Of a stretch of 64,000 bases of DNA, positions 38,490-52,177 are shown piece by piece (position 1 is the first letter of the stretch; each line of letters opens with the position of its first letter). This DNA comes from Isurus oxyrinchus. Taxonomy: Eukaryota. The position numbers and the translations under genes were made by a program. The notes under the pieces were generated by a model, which was not told where the DNA came from, did not search any database, and was given only the letters and a program-made list of their open reading frames with translations. The stretch is taken from contig JANJGN010000101.1 in the NCBI GenBank assembly GCA_026770705.1, forward strand, positions 1,054,001-1,118,000, in the 5' to 3' direction.

Positions 38490-40143
38490 GAGCATTTCAC
38501 ACTTGGAGGAAACCATGTCGATGAAATCAGTGCGATAGTGAGAGAGGGATATTTGGCTTAGAAAATCTAGATGTAGATGCGACCTGGGTGGAGCTAAGAA
38601 GCAACAATGAGTGGAAAAGATCACTTATCTGTAGACCTCCAGACAACAGTGCCGACATAGGGGACGGCATAAAATAGGAACTTGGACTTGCATGTAACAA
38701 GGGTGCTCCAGAAATCATGGATGACTTTTAGCTACATATAGAGTGTGCAAACCAAATTAGCAATTACAATGGCGAATGGATTCCTGTAGTGTGTACGAAA
38801 TGTTTTTTTTTCAGACTCGTATGTTGAGGAACAGACTGGGGATCAGGCTATCCTAGATTTGATATAGTGAAATGAGAAGCACTTAAATCATAATCTTGTT
38901 GTGTTGGGTCCTTTGGGGAACAGTGACCAACATGACAGAATTCTTCATTAGAATGGGAAGTGAAGTAGTCTGGTCTGAAACGAGGGTGCTAAATCTAACA
39001 AAGGAATCGACAAAGATAAGAGATATGAGTTGGCTAAGATCGATTGGAATACTTTATTAAAAAGAAAGATGGTGCGTAGACAACGTCCAATGATTAACGA
39101 AAGTGTGCATACATTTCAAAAGTTATACTTTATTTTCTGGCCCAAAAGAACAAGACAGGATAAACGGCCCCACCATGGGTAACAAAATAAATTAAGGATA
39201 GCTTTTGATCCAAAGAGAGTTCATGTGAAGATGCTAGAAAAATTAACAAGCCTGAGGATTGGGAATAGTTTAGAACTCAGCAAAGGACGACCAAGAGTTC
39301 GAATACGGGGGGAAAATATTGGATGAGGGTAAACTTGCAAGTAACATAAAATTGGTCATTAAAAGCATCTATAAATATTTTTATTAAAAAACCTCACAGT
39401 CTGAAACGGGAGAATTTATAATAGAACAATTACTTTAGCTCTGTCTTCACTTAGGGAGATATAAATAACTTCACAGAAATACGAAGGAACCTCGGGTCTA
39501 TTGAGAAGGAAGAATTCAACGAAATTAATGTTACAAATACAATTGTGCTGGAGAAAGTAATCGGACTGAAAGCCAATCAATCCCCAAGGCCTGATAATAT
39601 ACATCTTGGGGTACTAAAGGAGGTGGCCATGTAAATAGTGAGTGTAGTGGTTGTCAACTTCCAAAATTATGTAGATTCTGCAACAGTGCCGGCAGATTGC
39701 AGGGTGTTAACTATAACCCCGCTATTTAAAAAAATGAGCGAGGGAGAAAACAACGAATTACACACCAGTCAGCTGAACCTCAATAGTAGGGAAAATGCTA
39801 GAGTCTATTGTAGAGTATGTGATAACAGGACACTTTAAAAATATCAATGGGATGAGACAAAGTCAACATGTATCCATCAGGGGAAATCATGTTTAACAAA
39901 CCTACTGGAGTTTTTAAGGACGTAACCTGCAAAAAAGATAAGGGAGAACAAGTGGCTGTGATGTATTTGGAATATCAGAAAGTCTTTGACAAAGACCCAC
40001 ATAAAAGGTAAGCGTGTAAAATTAAAGACAGTAAAGAGAGCAGGAATAAGCGGGTCTTCTTTGGCGTGGCAGGCGGTGACAAGTAGACTAGCAGGGATCA
40101 GTGCTTTGGCCCGAGCTATTTATAATATATATAAATATATGTA

Positions 40144-40181
<38 letters not shown>

Positions 40182-41075
40182 TCAATGATTTGCATGACGC
40201 AACAAAAGGCAATACTTCCAATTTTTGATGACACGAAACTTGGTGAGGATGTGAGCGATGAGGCGAGTGTTCAGGCGCTTCAAGGCGACTTACGCAGGTT
40301 GAGAGATTGGAAAAATAAGTGTGAACTTATCTACTATGGCAGGAAAAGCAGATTGGCAGAATATTATTTAACTGGTGATTAATTTGGAAATGTTGATGTG
40401 CAAAGGGACCGAGATGCCCTTACGCAGCAATCACTGAAAGCAAGCATGCTGGTGCAGCAAGCACTTAAGGACGTAAATGGTACGTTGACCTTTATTGCGA
40501 TAGGATTTGAGAGCAGCAGCAACGATGTCTTACTGCAGCTGTGCATGGTCATTGTGAGATCACACCTGGAGTAGAGTGTGCAGTTCTGGTCTCCTTACCT
40601 AAGAAAGGATATATTTGCCGTAGAGGGAGTTCAGCAAATGTCCGCCACGCTGATTTCTGGGCTCGTATTCATTGGATCTCAGAAGAATGAGAGGCGATCG
40701 CATTGAAACATATGAAACTCTGACAGGGATCTACAGGCTGGTGCAGGGATGATATTTCCTCTGACTCGAGCGTCTAGAACAAGGGGTCACAGACTCAGGA
40801 TACGGGGTAGACCATCTAGGACTGAAATGACGAGAAACGTCTTCAATCAGAAGGTGGCGAACCTGTGGAATTCTCTAGCACAGAAAGCTGTGGAGGTCAA
40901 GTCACTGGATATATTTAAGAAGTAAATAAATAGACTTCTAGCCTTCAGATGCATCAAGGGATATGGGGAGAGTGCAGGACTAAGGTGTTGAGATAGAGGA
41001 TCAGCCATCATCAAACTGAATGGCGGAGCAAGCTCGAAGGGCTCGAAGGAGTAATCCTACTCCTATTTTCAATAT
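38490..41075 (+). mobile_element. CR1 LINE, long decayed ORF2 plus 3' UTR
   Basis: EN remnants, KSPGPD-like motif, KSCLTNLLEF, YINDL..F.DDTKLG, RSHLE..VQFWSP, and 3' UTR gatcagccat..gaatggcggagc. (TA)n at 40119-40181. Confidence 0.9.
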
Positions 41076-41983
41076 TTTGGTGGATAATTTTTTCCGGACA
41101 CTGAAAGAAAGTATGAGGAATTAACTATCTGTGCAAGATTTATAACACTGCTTCACATGTGCACATTGAAGATAGCAGTTAAAATGGGGCCTGTCCATAT
41201 TCATTGCAAGATGACTGAACTGGGCCTTTGCAGACTTAGTGCAGCCGTGCATAATCTGGCCTGGCGCCACGGAAAGCGATTTACGGGAAAAGGACGTGCA
41301 CACTTACCCTTCCTTATCCGTCATGAACTAATGTAACGTGGCAGAAATGGAGCCTCGACACATCACATAACCATACCGAACTGGAACGGTCCACATTAAC
41401 TAGAATCGTGCTCAACTGGACCTCCGTTTACGGAGTTTAAGCGTACTCTCTATAATTATGCATAATTAACGCATAAGCGCCTGATTGCATCTGACCAAGT
41501 AAAACGTAGCCGTTCACAGCTACACAGCTATGCACACTCACTACAGCTGGATTTGACATGTCTGCAATGAATTTAACTGATGTGGAATAATCTACACTGC
41601 AAGAAGCCGTACAGAAGATTTGAGTACTTTAAAGCTAAATAAAGGTGATGAGTTGAACATTTCCATACCAAATGCGAACAGAATGAGACAAAAAATGCTG
41701 GAAATACACAATAGACCGTTCAGCATCTGTGCAGAGAAAACGGTAAAAGGTTCAGATCCATGACTTTACATCGAAGTTGGGGAATAGGTAGCAATGGAAG
41801 AGTTTTTGTTTTCACTATAACGGCGGGAAACGGTTGTGATAAAGGGCTGATGATAAACAAACATCAATGTAGGTTTGTGTTAATGTGGAAGACAGAAGGG
41901 CACTTTGTGAGGATGTTCCTCCAGAACAATGTCAGTGACCTTGAAGAGCTTTCTACTCCGTCAAAACAAAAATAATTTCCCGT

Positions 41984-42080
41984 CAGCTGCAGCACGAGCA
42001 TCTTTCTTTCAATTAGCGTAATCATTGCAAAAGATCAAAGCGTCTAACTGTCTCCCTGGAGGCTGGCGTGAGATATATAT
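41984..42080 (+). promoter_or_regulatory. Proximal promoter of GPCR copy 4
   Basis: CAGCTG (-147), CTAACTGTCTCCCTGGAG (TCCCT at -78), TATATAT (-57). Confidence 0.65.
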
Positions 42081-42130
42081 GTGACTGTCTTTAGTTGTGG
42101 TGCAGAACACACTCGCAGCTGGTGACAGAA

Positions 42131-44499
42131 ATGCACGGATTGCCAAAAGGTCTTATTTTCATCATATATTATCCCGTCATTGCAGCGATCGGGATTCCAG
42201 GTTAAGTATTTTGGTTTGCTATGCTATTGAAATCATTGTTTAATCACTTCTCTTTGGTTTGCTTTCATTTTAGTGAATCATTGTTCGTATTTAGGAGCTT
42301 TGCTTCTACATGGTATGATATTCTTTCTCCCATTAAACAGGACAATCTATCAACATTACGGCGACATCGTCCCAATTTATCACGCTAGACAATGTCACTT
42401 TTTTCCACTTCAAGGGAAATGCTTAATTTAATTCTCCATTTTAGCAACAAAATTGTTTTCTTTTACTGACATGATTAGTCGTCATCACATGTCGAGTCGC
42501 TCAAGTTTGTCTGTGCCATTTCTTCCCTTGAACATAGTTTCTCCCCAATGCAAGAATAATATTTCAGCAGTAACAATGAACTATCTTCCCTGAGCTAGTA
42601 ACATTTAGTCAGTTTAATTGGACACTTTCATCTGTTTACCGCCACCGTTCGAGGTTTTAGATGTTCTTTTATTTTATTCTTGGTATTTTTAAAAAGCGTA
42701 ATGTATAACGCTGTTACCCCTGAGGAAATGTTTTTCTATTGTTTCAATGGCATTGTCACCGTCGGTGAATTATTATAGAGGAACTGTATCTGTATTATGC
42801 ATTATCTCATTCTTTTCCCTTTAACCTTTCGTTGGAATATGAACAGTATTTATCTGATAAATCTGTGCAGAATATTAAATGACTGGCCCAGGGTTTCTTG
42901 CCTTAACGGAATCCTGGCACCCTGGGCGGCGAAGAATTCTCAGGGAGCTGAAGTTGGGCTTGAATCCAGGACATTTTGACTCTAAAGTTTGACGTCTTTC
43001 AACTTAACAGCAACTGAACCTTAAACTGTGTGTGGATTTCCACCCTGCTGTGAAGGACAGTTGTGTTCGCTGCACGTCATCATAACTCAGGAGTTTTAGT
43101 TACCCTTTATTTCCTTCCAAAGGAGTTTTTTCTTTCCATTTTAGCTGTTCTCATTTGCTGGATTATGCCCACAAGAGTAACACTTTGTACTTAATTCCAT
43201 TCAACGCCATCTACTCAGTTTCTGTCAAATTATTAGGTCGATTTAACATTGTGTACCTTTCTTTTTCCAATGTCCTAGCCTGTTCTTCTCTAAACAGCAA
43301 GCAAGCGGATACTTGATCGTTTTTCATTTAACTGAGTAACAACGCAGCAATTTGAATATTCACTATAGGGCCGAGCCCGCATTCCTCCTGTAAATCAGCA
43401 CAGTATTGACAACTTGCTGCATTTTGGAAAGAGTCTTTCTTTCTCCACTGGAGCATATAAGTCATAGGACTGAAATGGGAACATTGCTCTCTTTTCATGA
43501 CCAATGCTGTATTTGTGAGTTTCTCAACATTTTCTGTTCTATATTCATTTGTCCCCACCGCAAACTTACTGGTTATATTCCTCTGTCACAGCTAATCTGG
43601 CAGTAATTGTGATCCTGTCTCGAGGAAGATGCGGTCTCACTGGATGTATCACATACTAACTGATGTCCATGGCCGTGACGGATCTCCTGATCATGATCCT
43701 TGCTGTGATGTTAAACCGGATTGTAGGTACATATTTCCCGTTCAGTTTCCTCTCCATCACTCCGGCCTTTGCTCTTAGTCTTGTGTTCATATATGGCGTC
43801 AGGGATTCTTCTGTCTGGGTGACAGTTGCTTTCACCTTTGATCGATTTGTAGCCATTTGTTGTCAGAAGCTGAAAACCAAATATTGCACCAAGAAATCGG
43901 CAGCTGTGGTCATAGGAACTGTCTGCGTTGTGCATTGTGCTAAAAAAATACCCTTGTACTTTGCTTGTGAACCTTCTGTTATCACGGACAATACACCCTG
44001 GTACTGCAAACTGAAGCCAATATATTATTTGTCACCCGGATGGGTGGCATATGACAGCATAAATGCCGTTTTAACCCCTTGTCTCCCATTCGTTCTTATT
44101 TTGCTGCTCAATGTTCTGACGGTCAGGCACATTGTTGTGGCCAGTCGAGCCCGCAGAAGACTGCGAGCCCACAGCAAGAGCGAGAAACAAAGCGACCCAG
44201 AGATGGAGAAGAGGAGAAAGTCCATCGTTTTACTCTTTGCCATCTCGGGAAGTTTCATCCTGTTATATTTCCTCGCTCTTATAACTTTCCTCTACGCACG
44301 AATTGCCAGCGTTAGTTATTTCGATGGCTCGAATTTCAATCAATCAAATGTTATACTGGAGGAATGCGGACTTATGCTGCAGCTTTTAAGTTCCTGCATC
44401 AACCCCTTTATTTATGCAGGTACCCAGAGTAAATTCAGAGAGGAGTTAAAGAATGGTGTGAAATATCCATTGAGTCTGATTGTTAATTTTTTTAAATGA
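42131..44499 (+). pseudogene. GPR139/GPR142-like GPCR, copy 4 (exon 1 42131-42200, exon 2 43592-44499), single premature stop
   Basis: Exon 1 MHGLPKGLIFIIYYPVIAAIGIP, donor GTTAAG; acceptor tcacag. Exon 2 ANLAVIVILSRGRCGLTGCITY* with TAA at 43657-43659 (Tyr in paralogs), then 278 aa open with DRF and NPFIY. Confidence 0.9.
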
Positions 44500-45469
44500 T
44501 GAAAGCAGTGAAATCCAACATGAATTCTACATTATACCCCACCCATTGCTGTTGCTGTACATGTTACATATGGCTTCAACCCGCAGAAACAGAGTTACCT
44601 CCTGCCCGAGGTGTGAATTCAGAATTATATAACTAACTCTGCATTTTCCCAGTTAGTTTTTATTTTTTGTCCCCTTTCCAGAGCGGGCCTGGTACATTCC
44701 CAACTGTCCCTAAGGTCCCGGGGTGTCTCGACGTTCATGTAGGAGACAAAGTATCCGACAAAAATGTATAACTTGGCAACAAAGTTTCGCTATTAAGTGT
44801 AGGAACCTTGCTATCTCCCCTTCCTATGTTTTGGAACTTGATGGTAGATGGCGCCCTGAAATGGAAACGGACACTGTCCCCACCCATTGATCTATATTGA
44901 GCAGTCTCCGCTTCACACTTGAACTCTTTTTCCCATAAACATAGCAAGAGGGAACTGGAATATTACAGACACAGATAAAGGAAACATTTTGTTCGCCTCT
45001 TCCATTTGGCAATGGAGGGGAAATCCGCAGAGTCATCATACAGTACAAGTTACACTGGCAACAATCTCCCCTTTTAAATGATTACAAATCGCAACTGGCC
45101 AGAACAAAAAAAAAATTAATGGAAACATTATCTTCACCATCCACAATGCATTATAAAAGTTTATTGCCATCCTGATACAGAAACAGTAATTAGAATGGAA
45201 TTGTGGGTTACGCTTCACAATGACCCCCTATCCCAATCGTGGATAAATGCTACACACTTGCTGTTATTTGGAATTTCCCGTGTCGTGACTTACAACCACA
45301 CCGAAAGTCTCAAGACTCAGCATTGATCTCAGCAGAAAATCCAATCCAAGGCATTCATGCTGTGTACATATTATCATTTGTTATGTCTTCCGATGTTAAT
45401 TGAAACAAACCGATTGCTCCGCACTTTATAAGGGATTTGTCTAAAGGATTAAGTAGCAGAAAAATGCAC

Positions 45470-45860
45470 ATGTTGTAGAAGCTTATGCTCTTGCACTTAT
45501 CAGGACAATTTGCAAGAGTAACGCCGATTTCAACTGAACAAAGGACGGGAGAGCCTGTCTCTGGCTCATGGCCTCATCAAATGTCTTGACCAATCAGAGT
45601 CAACATACTTGATTTGAATGTAAACAACGGTTGACAGTTAACTTCCATTCATCAGGTCATTATCGCATTCTCTATTGGAACGCCACGAGTAATCCATTTT
45701 CACTCGCCCATCAATCATCACTCTCTTCTCATGACGTTTTAAGTGTTGTTCCCTTTGATTTTTTTGTTACTCTTGCGAATTGTCCTGATGAGTCCAAGGT
45801 GAAAAGTTTCGAAAGCATGTGTCTTTGATCAGCACTCTCACATTCTGTTCTACCGAACAA
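45470..45860 (+). mobile_element. Second Penelope-like family pseudo-LTR with inverted end and degenerate hammerhead
   Basis: ctcttgcacttatcaggacaatttgcaagagtaa (~45488-45521) is an inverted match to ttactcttgcgaattgtcCTGATGAgtccaaggtGAAAagtttc (~45767-45810). Confidence 0.55.
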
Positions 45861-45864
45861 CGAG

Positions 45865-47250
45865 TGAGTCCCACGTCAGTGGTCCGGAAACTATTGGAGA
45901 AAATTCTGAAGGAAAGAATCTACCTTAACTTGGAGAGAGAAGGTTTGATAAGAGATATTCAGCATTGATTCTTCAGAGATAGGTCATGCCTAAAAAATTT
46001 GCCTGAATTTTTGAGGAGGTGACCAGGTGTGTACATGATGGTAGTGCAGTTGATGTAGTTAATATGGATTTCAGAAAAGCCTTTGACAAGGTCCCATATG
46101 GCAGCCTTATAAATAAGGCAAATACACATGGGATACAGGGTAATTTGAAAAGGTGGATTATAAATTGGCTTAGTTGTAGGAGACAGAATGTAATGATAGA
46201 AGGCTGCTTTGGTGACTGAAAACCCGAGTCCTGTGGTGTACCACAGAGATCTGTGCTGGGTTGCCTATTATTCGTTATTTATATAAATGACATAGATGAC
46301 TATGTGGGGAGTAGGAATAGTAAGTTTGCGGATGACACAAAGATTGGCCGGTTGGTTAACAGTGAGGTTGAGAGGCTTGGGCTGGAGGAAGATATCGGCG
46401 TGGTGGTCAAATGGGCAGATAAGTGGCCGATGGAATTTAACACTGAAAAGCGTGAGGTTATACACTTTGGAAGGAGTAATTTGACAAGGAAGTATTCAAT
46501 GAACGGCATGGCACTAGGAAGATCTGAGGAACAAAGGGACCTTGGTGCATGTGTCCATAAGTCTCTGAACGCAGAGGGGCATGATAGTGGGGTGGTGAAA
46601 AAGGCATTTGGGACAATTGCCTTTCTCAATCGAGGCACGATTGCAAAAGTAGAGGGGTCATGTTGGAGTTGTATAGAACGTTGGTGAGACCACAGCTGGA
46701 GTGCTCTGTGCAGTTTTGAACGCCAAATGATAGGAAGGATGTGATTGTGCTAGAGGCGGTGTAGAGGAAGTACACGTGGATGCAGCCTGGGATGAACCAT
46801 TTACATTATAAAGAGTGGTTGGATAGAGTTGGGTTTTTTCGGCGAAACAGAGAAGACTGAGGAGCGGCCAGTTCAAGGTGTACAAGCTTGTGAGGGGTAT
46901 TGAAGGGGTGGATAGGGACAGCTGTTCCCCATAGTCAGAGGCTCAGTCACGAGGGAACACAAGTTCAAGGTGAGGGGCAGGAGGTTTCGTGGGGATGTGA
47001 GGGAAAACCTTTTTTACCCAAGTATTGGGGACGGTCTGGAATGCGCTGCCTGGGACAGTGGTGGAGGCGGGTTGCCTCACATCCTTTATAAAGTGTCTAG
47101 ATGAATACTTGGCACGTCCTAACATTCAAGGTTGTGGGCCAAGTGCTGGTCAACGGGATTAGTTAGGTAGGTCAGGTGTTTCTCACGTGTCAGTACAGGC
47201 TCGATGGGCCGAAGGGCCTCTTCTGCACTGTGCGATCCTTTGATTCTGTG
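45865..47250 (+). mobile_element. CR1 LINE RT region and 3' end
   Basis: VDVVNMDFRKAFDKVP, IYINDID..SKFADDTKIG, and 3' tail gatgggccgaagggcct..gattctgtga. Confidence 0.93.
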
Positions 47251-48129
47251 ACTACTTATTAAATTTTCCATGAAATGATTGTCATGATTATAAACAGTAG
47301 AATCAAATCTCTAAATTCGCTGACCTATCAACAATTGAAGCGAATGACTGACTCTCTTCTTGCCTAAACATCGTTTTAATCATTTTATTATCTGAGTGAA
47401 TGCACTTGAATTTGAAAGAATGGGACAACTGGCAATATGCTTCCTCGCCGATGGTGCAGGTGAACGATTTATTACCTGTGGAAACATTTCAATAAATCTC
47501 CAGCTGGGGTGGGCAAACGAATCCCTTTCTATGGTCCAGGTATTGTCAAGGTTTGCTTCTGTAGAGTACGTCCTGTCTCTGCCCAGGTTGGTAATCCATT
47601 GAAATCTATTCCACAGACAGAAGTGTTGCAGGGTCTCTCCCCATTGCAAATGCTGCAACTTCAATTGTAATTCTATGTCAGTGATTGCAGATCTTTGCAT
47701 CGTCATTGCATTAGAACACACTCAGTTGGGTGCGTGTTTTATTGTGCTTCCAGCAACACTGGCCTTTGAAATTAAATTCCACTGTCTGTATTGGCAAACA
47801 TTGCTCCTTTTTTTTGTTTTACTTTCTGTTCTCCATTCACGGGATCCCCTCTCGCTGTCGCCTGAAAGAATTGCTTTTGGATGGTTTTTAGTTTTGCATT
47901 TACCCAACAGCCTTGGAGTTCCTCTCCTGAAGATATTGACTCAGAGGAAAAGCAGGATACATCCAACTGCTCTAATATTTCCTATAATTCAGTTAGATCA
48001 TGGGTAATCTATATATAACTTGCATCTACCGACTTTAGTTTTATTCTCTTTCAATGGTTTTCCTGAAAGTAGTCATTCTATCTCATTTTCGATTGACTCC
48101 GATTCTCTTTGAATCTTTAGGAGAAAATG

Positions 48130-48480
48130 GTCCAGGGGCATGGTAACACAGTAATTATTTTAATGGACTAAAATACAAAATCCATTTTATTGATTCGCGA
48201 CATAATTTAAGATCCCACAGCAGTGGCTAAAGTAGTTGAATTAAGTTCTCTAAGTGCAACTGAAATTAAGAAGGCAAAGAAAAAGAAAAATGACACATCA
48301 CGAATAATGACCATGAAAGTATATTCTTATCAAGAAGGAAAAAATTGCGTTCTGTTTCATTAATGCATCTTAGTGCAAGGATTGTGCTTTAGTTCCCCTG
48401 CTTGGAGAACATGTGATTCCAGACCCATGGAGATGTATTTAAGTGTTAACCATTGTCTGAAATGGTCGAGCAAGCCGCTA
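48130..48480 (+). mobile_element. tRNA-SINE (decayed)
   Basis: atggactaa..atcccacagcag..atgaccatgaaa..catgtgattccagaccca..tctgaaatgg. Confidence 0.55.
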
Positions 48481-49369
48481 TGAAACAAAAAAAGAAAAGT
48501 AACAGTGTGAGGAACACTCGTGATTTTCCCAGCTGCTGGAAGCTACAAAGGGAAAGCCAGCCCAATCGATCCTGCAAAGCTCTCCTCATTCACATCTTGG
48601 GACATGAGAGCTGACCCTCAAACTAGCCAATGGAAAGTCTGACATTGTCGGACTCGCCGAATCAAACCATTGAGAAAATGTTCCAAACTCTTCCATCACC
48701 AGCTCTATTCATGTGCTGTCCCAAAGGCATAATAACAAAATGTATCGTAAAATGTGGCACGCTATTTGGCCACAACAGGATGGAACATTTGTCCTCAAAA
48801 TCGAAACGGGCTAAATCACAATTAAATTTAGACAATGTTCAGATATCTCTTTGAGTTTTGCGAAGAGCAATTAGATCTCCTGGCCTTGAAGAAAAAAGCT
48901 TTGTAATCTTGAATACAACTATATCATTGCAGTAAAAATAATACTTTGTGCATTCCATGGCTAGTAATTATAAAAACGCCAATCTTTCAAATTTGCACCT
49001 ACAGTTTTGGAGCCAATGTAGTTTTTAACCGCCAGGCATCAGAAAGGATACGAAGCAAAACACACAATTTCAGTTATTGACCTGTTACAGCCATCTTCTT
49101 AATTAAGATGATCCATATAGAGAAGTCGTTTTCAAAGTGGACATCATTTCAGTAGTTGAATGTTGCAATTGTGAGCCATCTTTGAAAGTAATAATACCAG
49201 GCATCCAGTGTAGTTATATTACACATAGACTCCCATGTGGAAGTGTTTTCATAATTATATGCCAATTTGAATTTTGTCTAGTTAGCAAATGTCATGTGAA
49301 TTTTGATTGCTTCCTATACTAGGCTGTGCTATTAAAATCAGGGATTTGAATTGTTTATTTCTTCTTGAT

Positions 49370-49735
49370 GCTTTCACATGTCATGGATGTCACTGAACAG
49401 GCCATCATTTGTTGCCCATCCCTAATGACCTTTGTCCTGAGTGGCTTACTAGGCCATTTCAGAGGACAGTTAAGAGTCAACCACATTGTTGTGGGACTGG
49501 AGTCACAAGTAGGCCAGGCTAGTTAAGTGAACCAGATGGGTTTTTACAACAAACTGTGATAGTTCCATGGTCACTATTGCTGGGGCTAGTTTCACAATTT
49601 CTGATTCATTCAACGAGTTTAAACTCTATCTGCTGCCGTGGTTTGATTTGATCCTCTCTCTAAGGTGTTAGACAGGTGTTCACACCTGGATTATTAGCTT
49701 TATCACAGTGCAACGGCGCCATTATCATCCCAATG
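49370..49735 (-). mobile_element. tRNA-SINE
   Basis: gcccatccctaatg..ccatttcagagg.cagttaagagtcaaccacattg..gtgaaccagatgggtttttac. Confidence 0.7.
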
Positions 49736-50619
49736 ATATGGAGAGAAAAAACATGCAGAGAAACGCAGAGAGGTTTGGAAATCACACATACAATTGTGCT
49801 GCTTTAGATTACAGTGGGGATACGTATCTCCTTTCAGTTTAAGATTCTACTTCAACCAATATATTGGTTTCATTTGTCCAATCCAGATATTCAAAGAAAG
49901 TTTATTTGAGATGTAAACTATTGTATCTCAATTAACCAATTATAAGAAACAATAATTCATCGAAATGGATGAAATTATTTGAAAAGCAAGTATACAAAAA
50001 TAAATCTGCAGTCTCTTTGTCCGCAGTGCTTTAGGCAAACTCGCTAAATGGTCACAGCCTTCCCTTTCGGGCCTGAAAAGACCTGGGTATATCTCAAATT
50101 ATTCGGGAAGACTCAGGTAGCCCAAAATTGGAGCAACAGGTTAACAAAAAAAATGTTGTCACGATGCAATGGCGACACGAGTGGTATTGTCCACTAATTG
50201 GTTGAAGATAATAGAACAAGCCAAGTTTCTACTCACCAGGCAATTGAATAACGCAATGTATGAATTCCAGCGCCAGCAAAGTGAGTCAGAGATCTCAGCG
50301 ATTGGTCGGTCAAGTCAAACAAAATGTCCCTCCACCCGGTACGTAATATACAGAACAAAGATCCAATTGAAGCAGCCCGCGCTTGTAAAACTCGAATCAA
50401 AACTCCAACAGTTAGAAATGATTCCACGAATGGTCACAGTCATTGAGAAGCCTTGAGTGCGCTAATTGCAGCACACTAGCAAGAACTTCAAGGTGATCAG
50501 TCAAGTTGTTCACGTGGTTCATTAAAACTTGTCAGGGGCAACATGCATTCATAAACAAGGGCTCGATCTCTGCAAGCTAAATTAATTTTCCAAGGTTTTT
50601 TCAAATTTTGTGTCCAGAA

Positions 50620-51015
50620 TTTAGGCTTCACTGGCTAGGCTAACATTTATTGCCAATCGTCAATTGTCCTTCGGAAGGTGATGGCGAGCCGCGTTCTTGA
50701 ACCGCTGCAGTCCATGTGGTGTACATACAACACAGTGCATTTACTGAGGAAGTTCAAAGATTTAACCTCCACCACAGTGAAGGAGCGATGATCTGATCGA
50801 AGTCTGGATGGTGTGTGGCGTGGAGGAGAACTTGAAGTCGATGGTGTTCTTATTTATTTCCTGCCCTTGATCTTCCAGGCAGTAGAGATCGTAGGTTGGT
50901 AAGATGATGTCTAAGAAGCCTTGGTGAGTTCCTGAAATGCATCCTGTAGGTTGTTCACAACTGCTGCCTCTTTGCATCGGTGGTGCAGGGACTGTTTGTT
51001 TGTCGATGCGGTGGT
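50620..51015 (-). mobile_element. LINE 3' end (same family as 19040-19698)
   Basis: ttcttgaaccgctgcagtccatgtggt..gtgaaggagcg..cctgcccttg is shared with 19135-19320. Confidence 0.7.
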
Positions 51016-51029
51016 AATAGCTAAGTGAT

Positions 51030-52177
51030 AATAAGAAATTGCAACAGCAGTAAGCCATTAGGCCGCTCAAGCCTGCCCCGCCATTCAATAACATCATGGC
51101 TGATCTGCCCCAGGCCTCAAATCCTCTTTACTGACAGCTCTTCATGAAGCTCAACTCACGATATTTCAAAAATCTATCCATCTCTTCTTTAAATACCTTC
51201 AGAGATCAAGCCTCCACAACTCTCTGGGGTAGAGAATTCCAGACATTCAATACTCTCAGAGAGAAGATATTCCTTCGCAACTCAGTTTTGTATGTGTGGC
51301 CCCTTATTATGTAACTATGTCCCCTAGCTCGAGATTCCCCCACTAAAGCGAACATTTTCTCAACATCTACCTGTCAAGCAACACCTCCCCTCAGGAATCT
51401 ATTCATCTCAATAAGATCATCCCTCATTCTTCGAAGCGCTAATAAATAAAGTCCTAATGTGTTTAGCCGTTCTTGATAAGTCAACTCCTTCATCCCAGGA
51501 ATCAGCCTGACGAATCCCCTTTGAACTGCATCTGATGCCAATATATCAATTCTTAAATACAGGGGCTGAAAGTGTTCACAGCACTCCAGGTGGGGCCCCA
51601 CCAAATCCTGCATATTTGTAACAAGACCTCCCTATTTTTTAAACTGTAACCCCCTAGCAACACAGACCAAAATGCCATTTGCCTTCTTAATTACTTGTTA
51701 CATTTGCATGTTAACGTTTTATGCTCCGTACACAGGAACAATCAGAGCCTGCACGTTTTTGAAGTCTCTCTCCATTTTAATAATAGTCTGCCTTTTGATT
51801 CTTCCTACAAAAGTGAATGACCTCACACTTTCTGGCATTAAACTCCATCTGCCAAGTGCTTTTGCTCACTCACTCAACCTATCTACAACACCTTTTACAT
51901 TCCTTATGTCCTTTCACAACATGTCTTCTCACCTATTGCTGTAGCATCAGCAAATTTGGATACATCACACTCTGTCCGCTCCTCCAAGTCATTGCAATAG
52001 CTAATAAATAGTTGAGGTGCTAGGACTGATACTGTGGCACTCCATTTGTTGCGTCTTTCCAACGCATCTGAAAAGGACACATTAATCCAGATTCTTTGTC
52101 TCCTCTCTGTTATCCAATCCTCAATCCGTGCTAATACATTTCTCTCAATACCACGGGCTCTTAATTTGTGCAATAAG
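51030..52177 (-). mobile_element. CR1 LINE RT region and 3' end
   Basis: ORF 51904-52173 HKLRARGI..VSKFADAT; ORF 51374-51613 LVGPHLECC..VQRGFVRLIPGMK. Confidence 0.9.
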
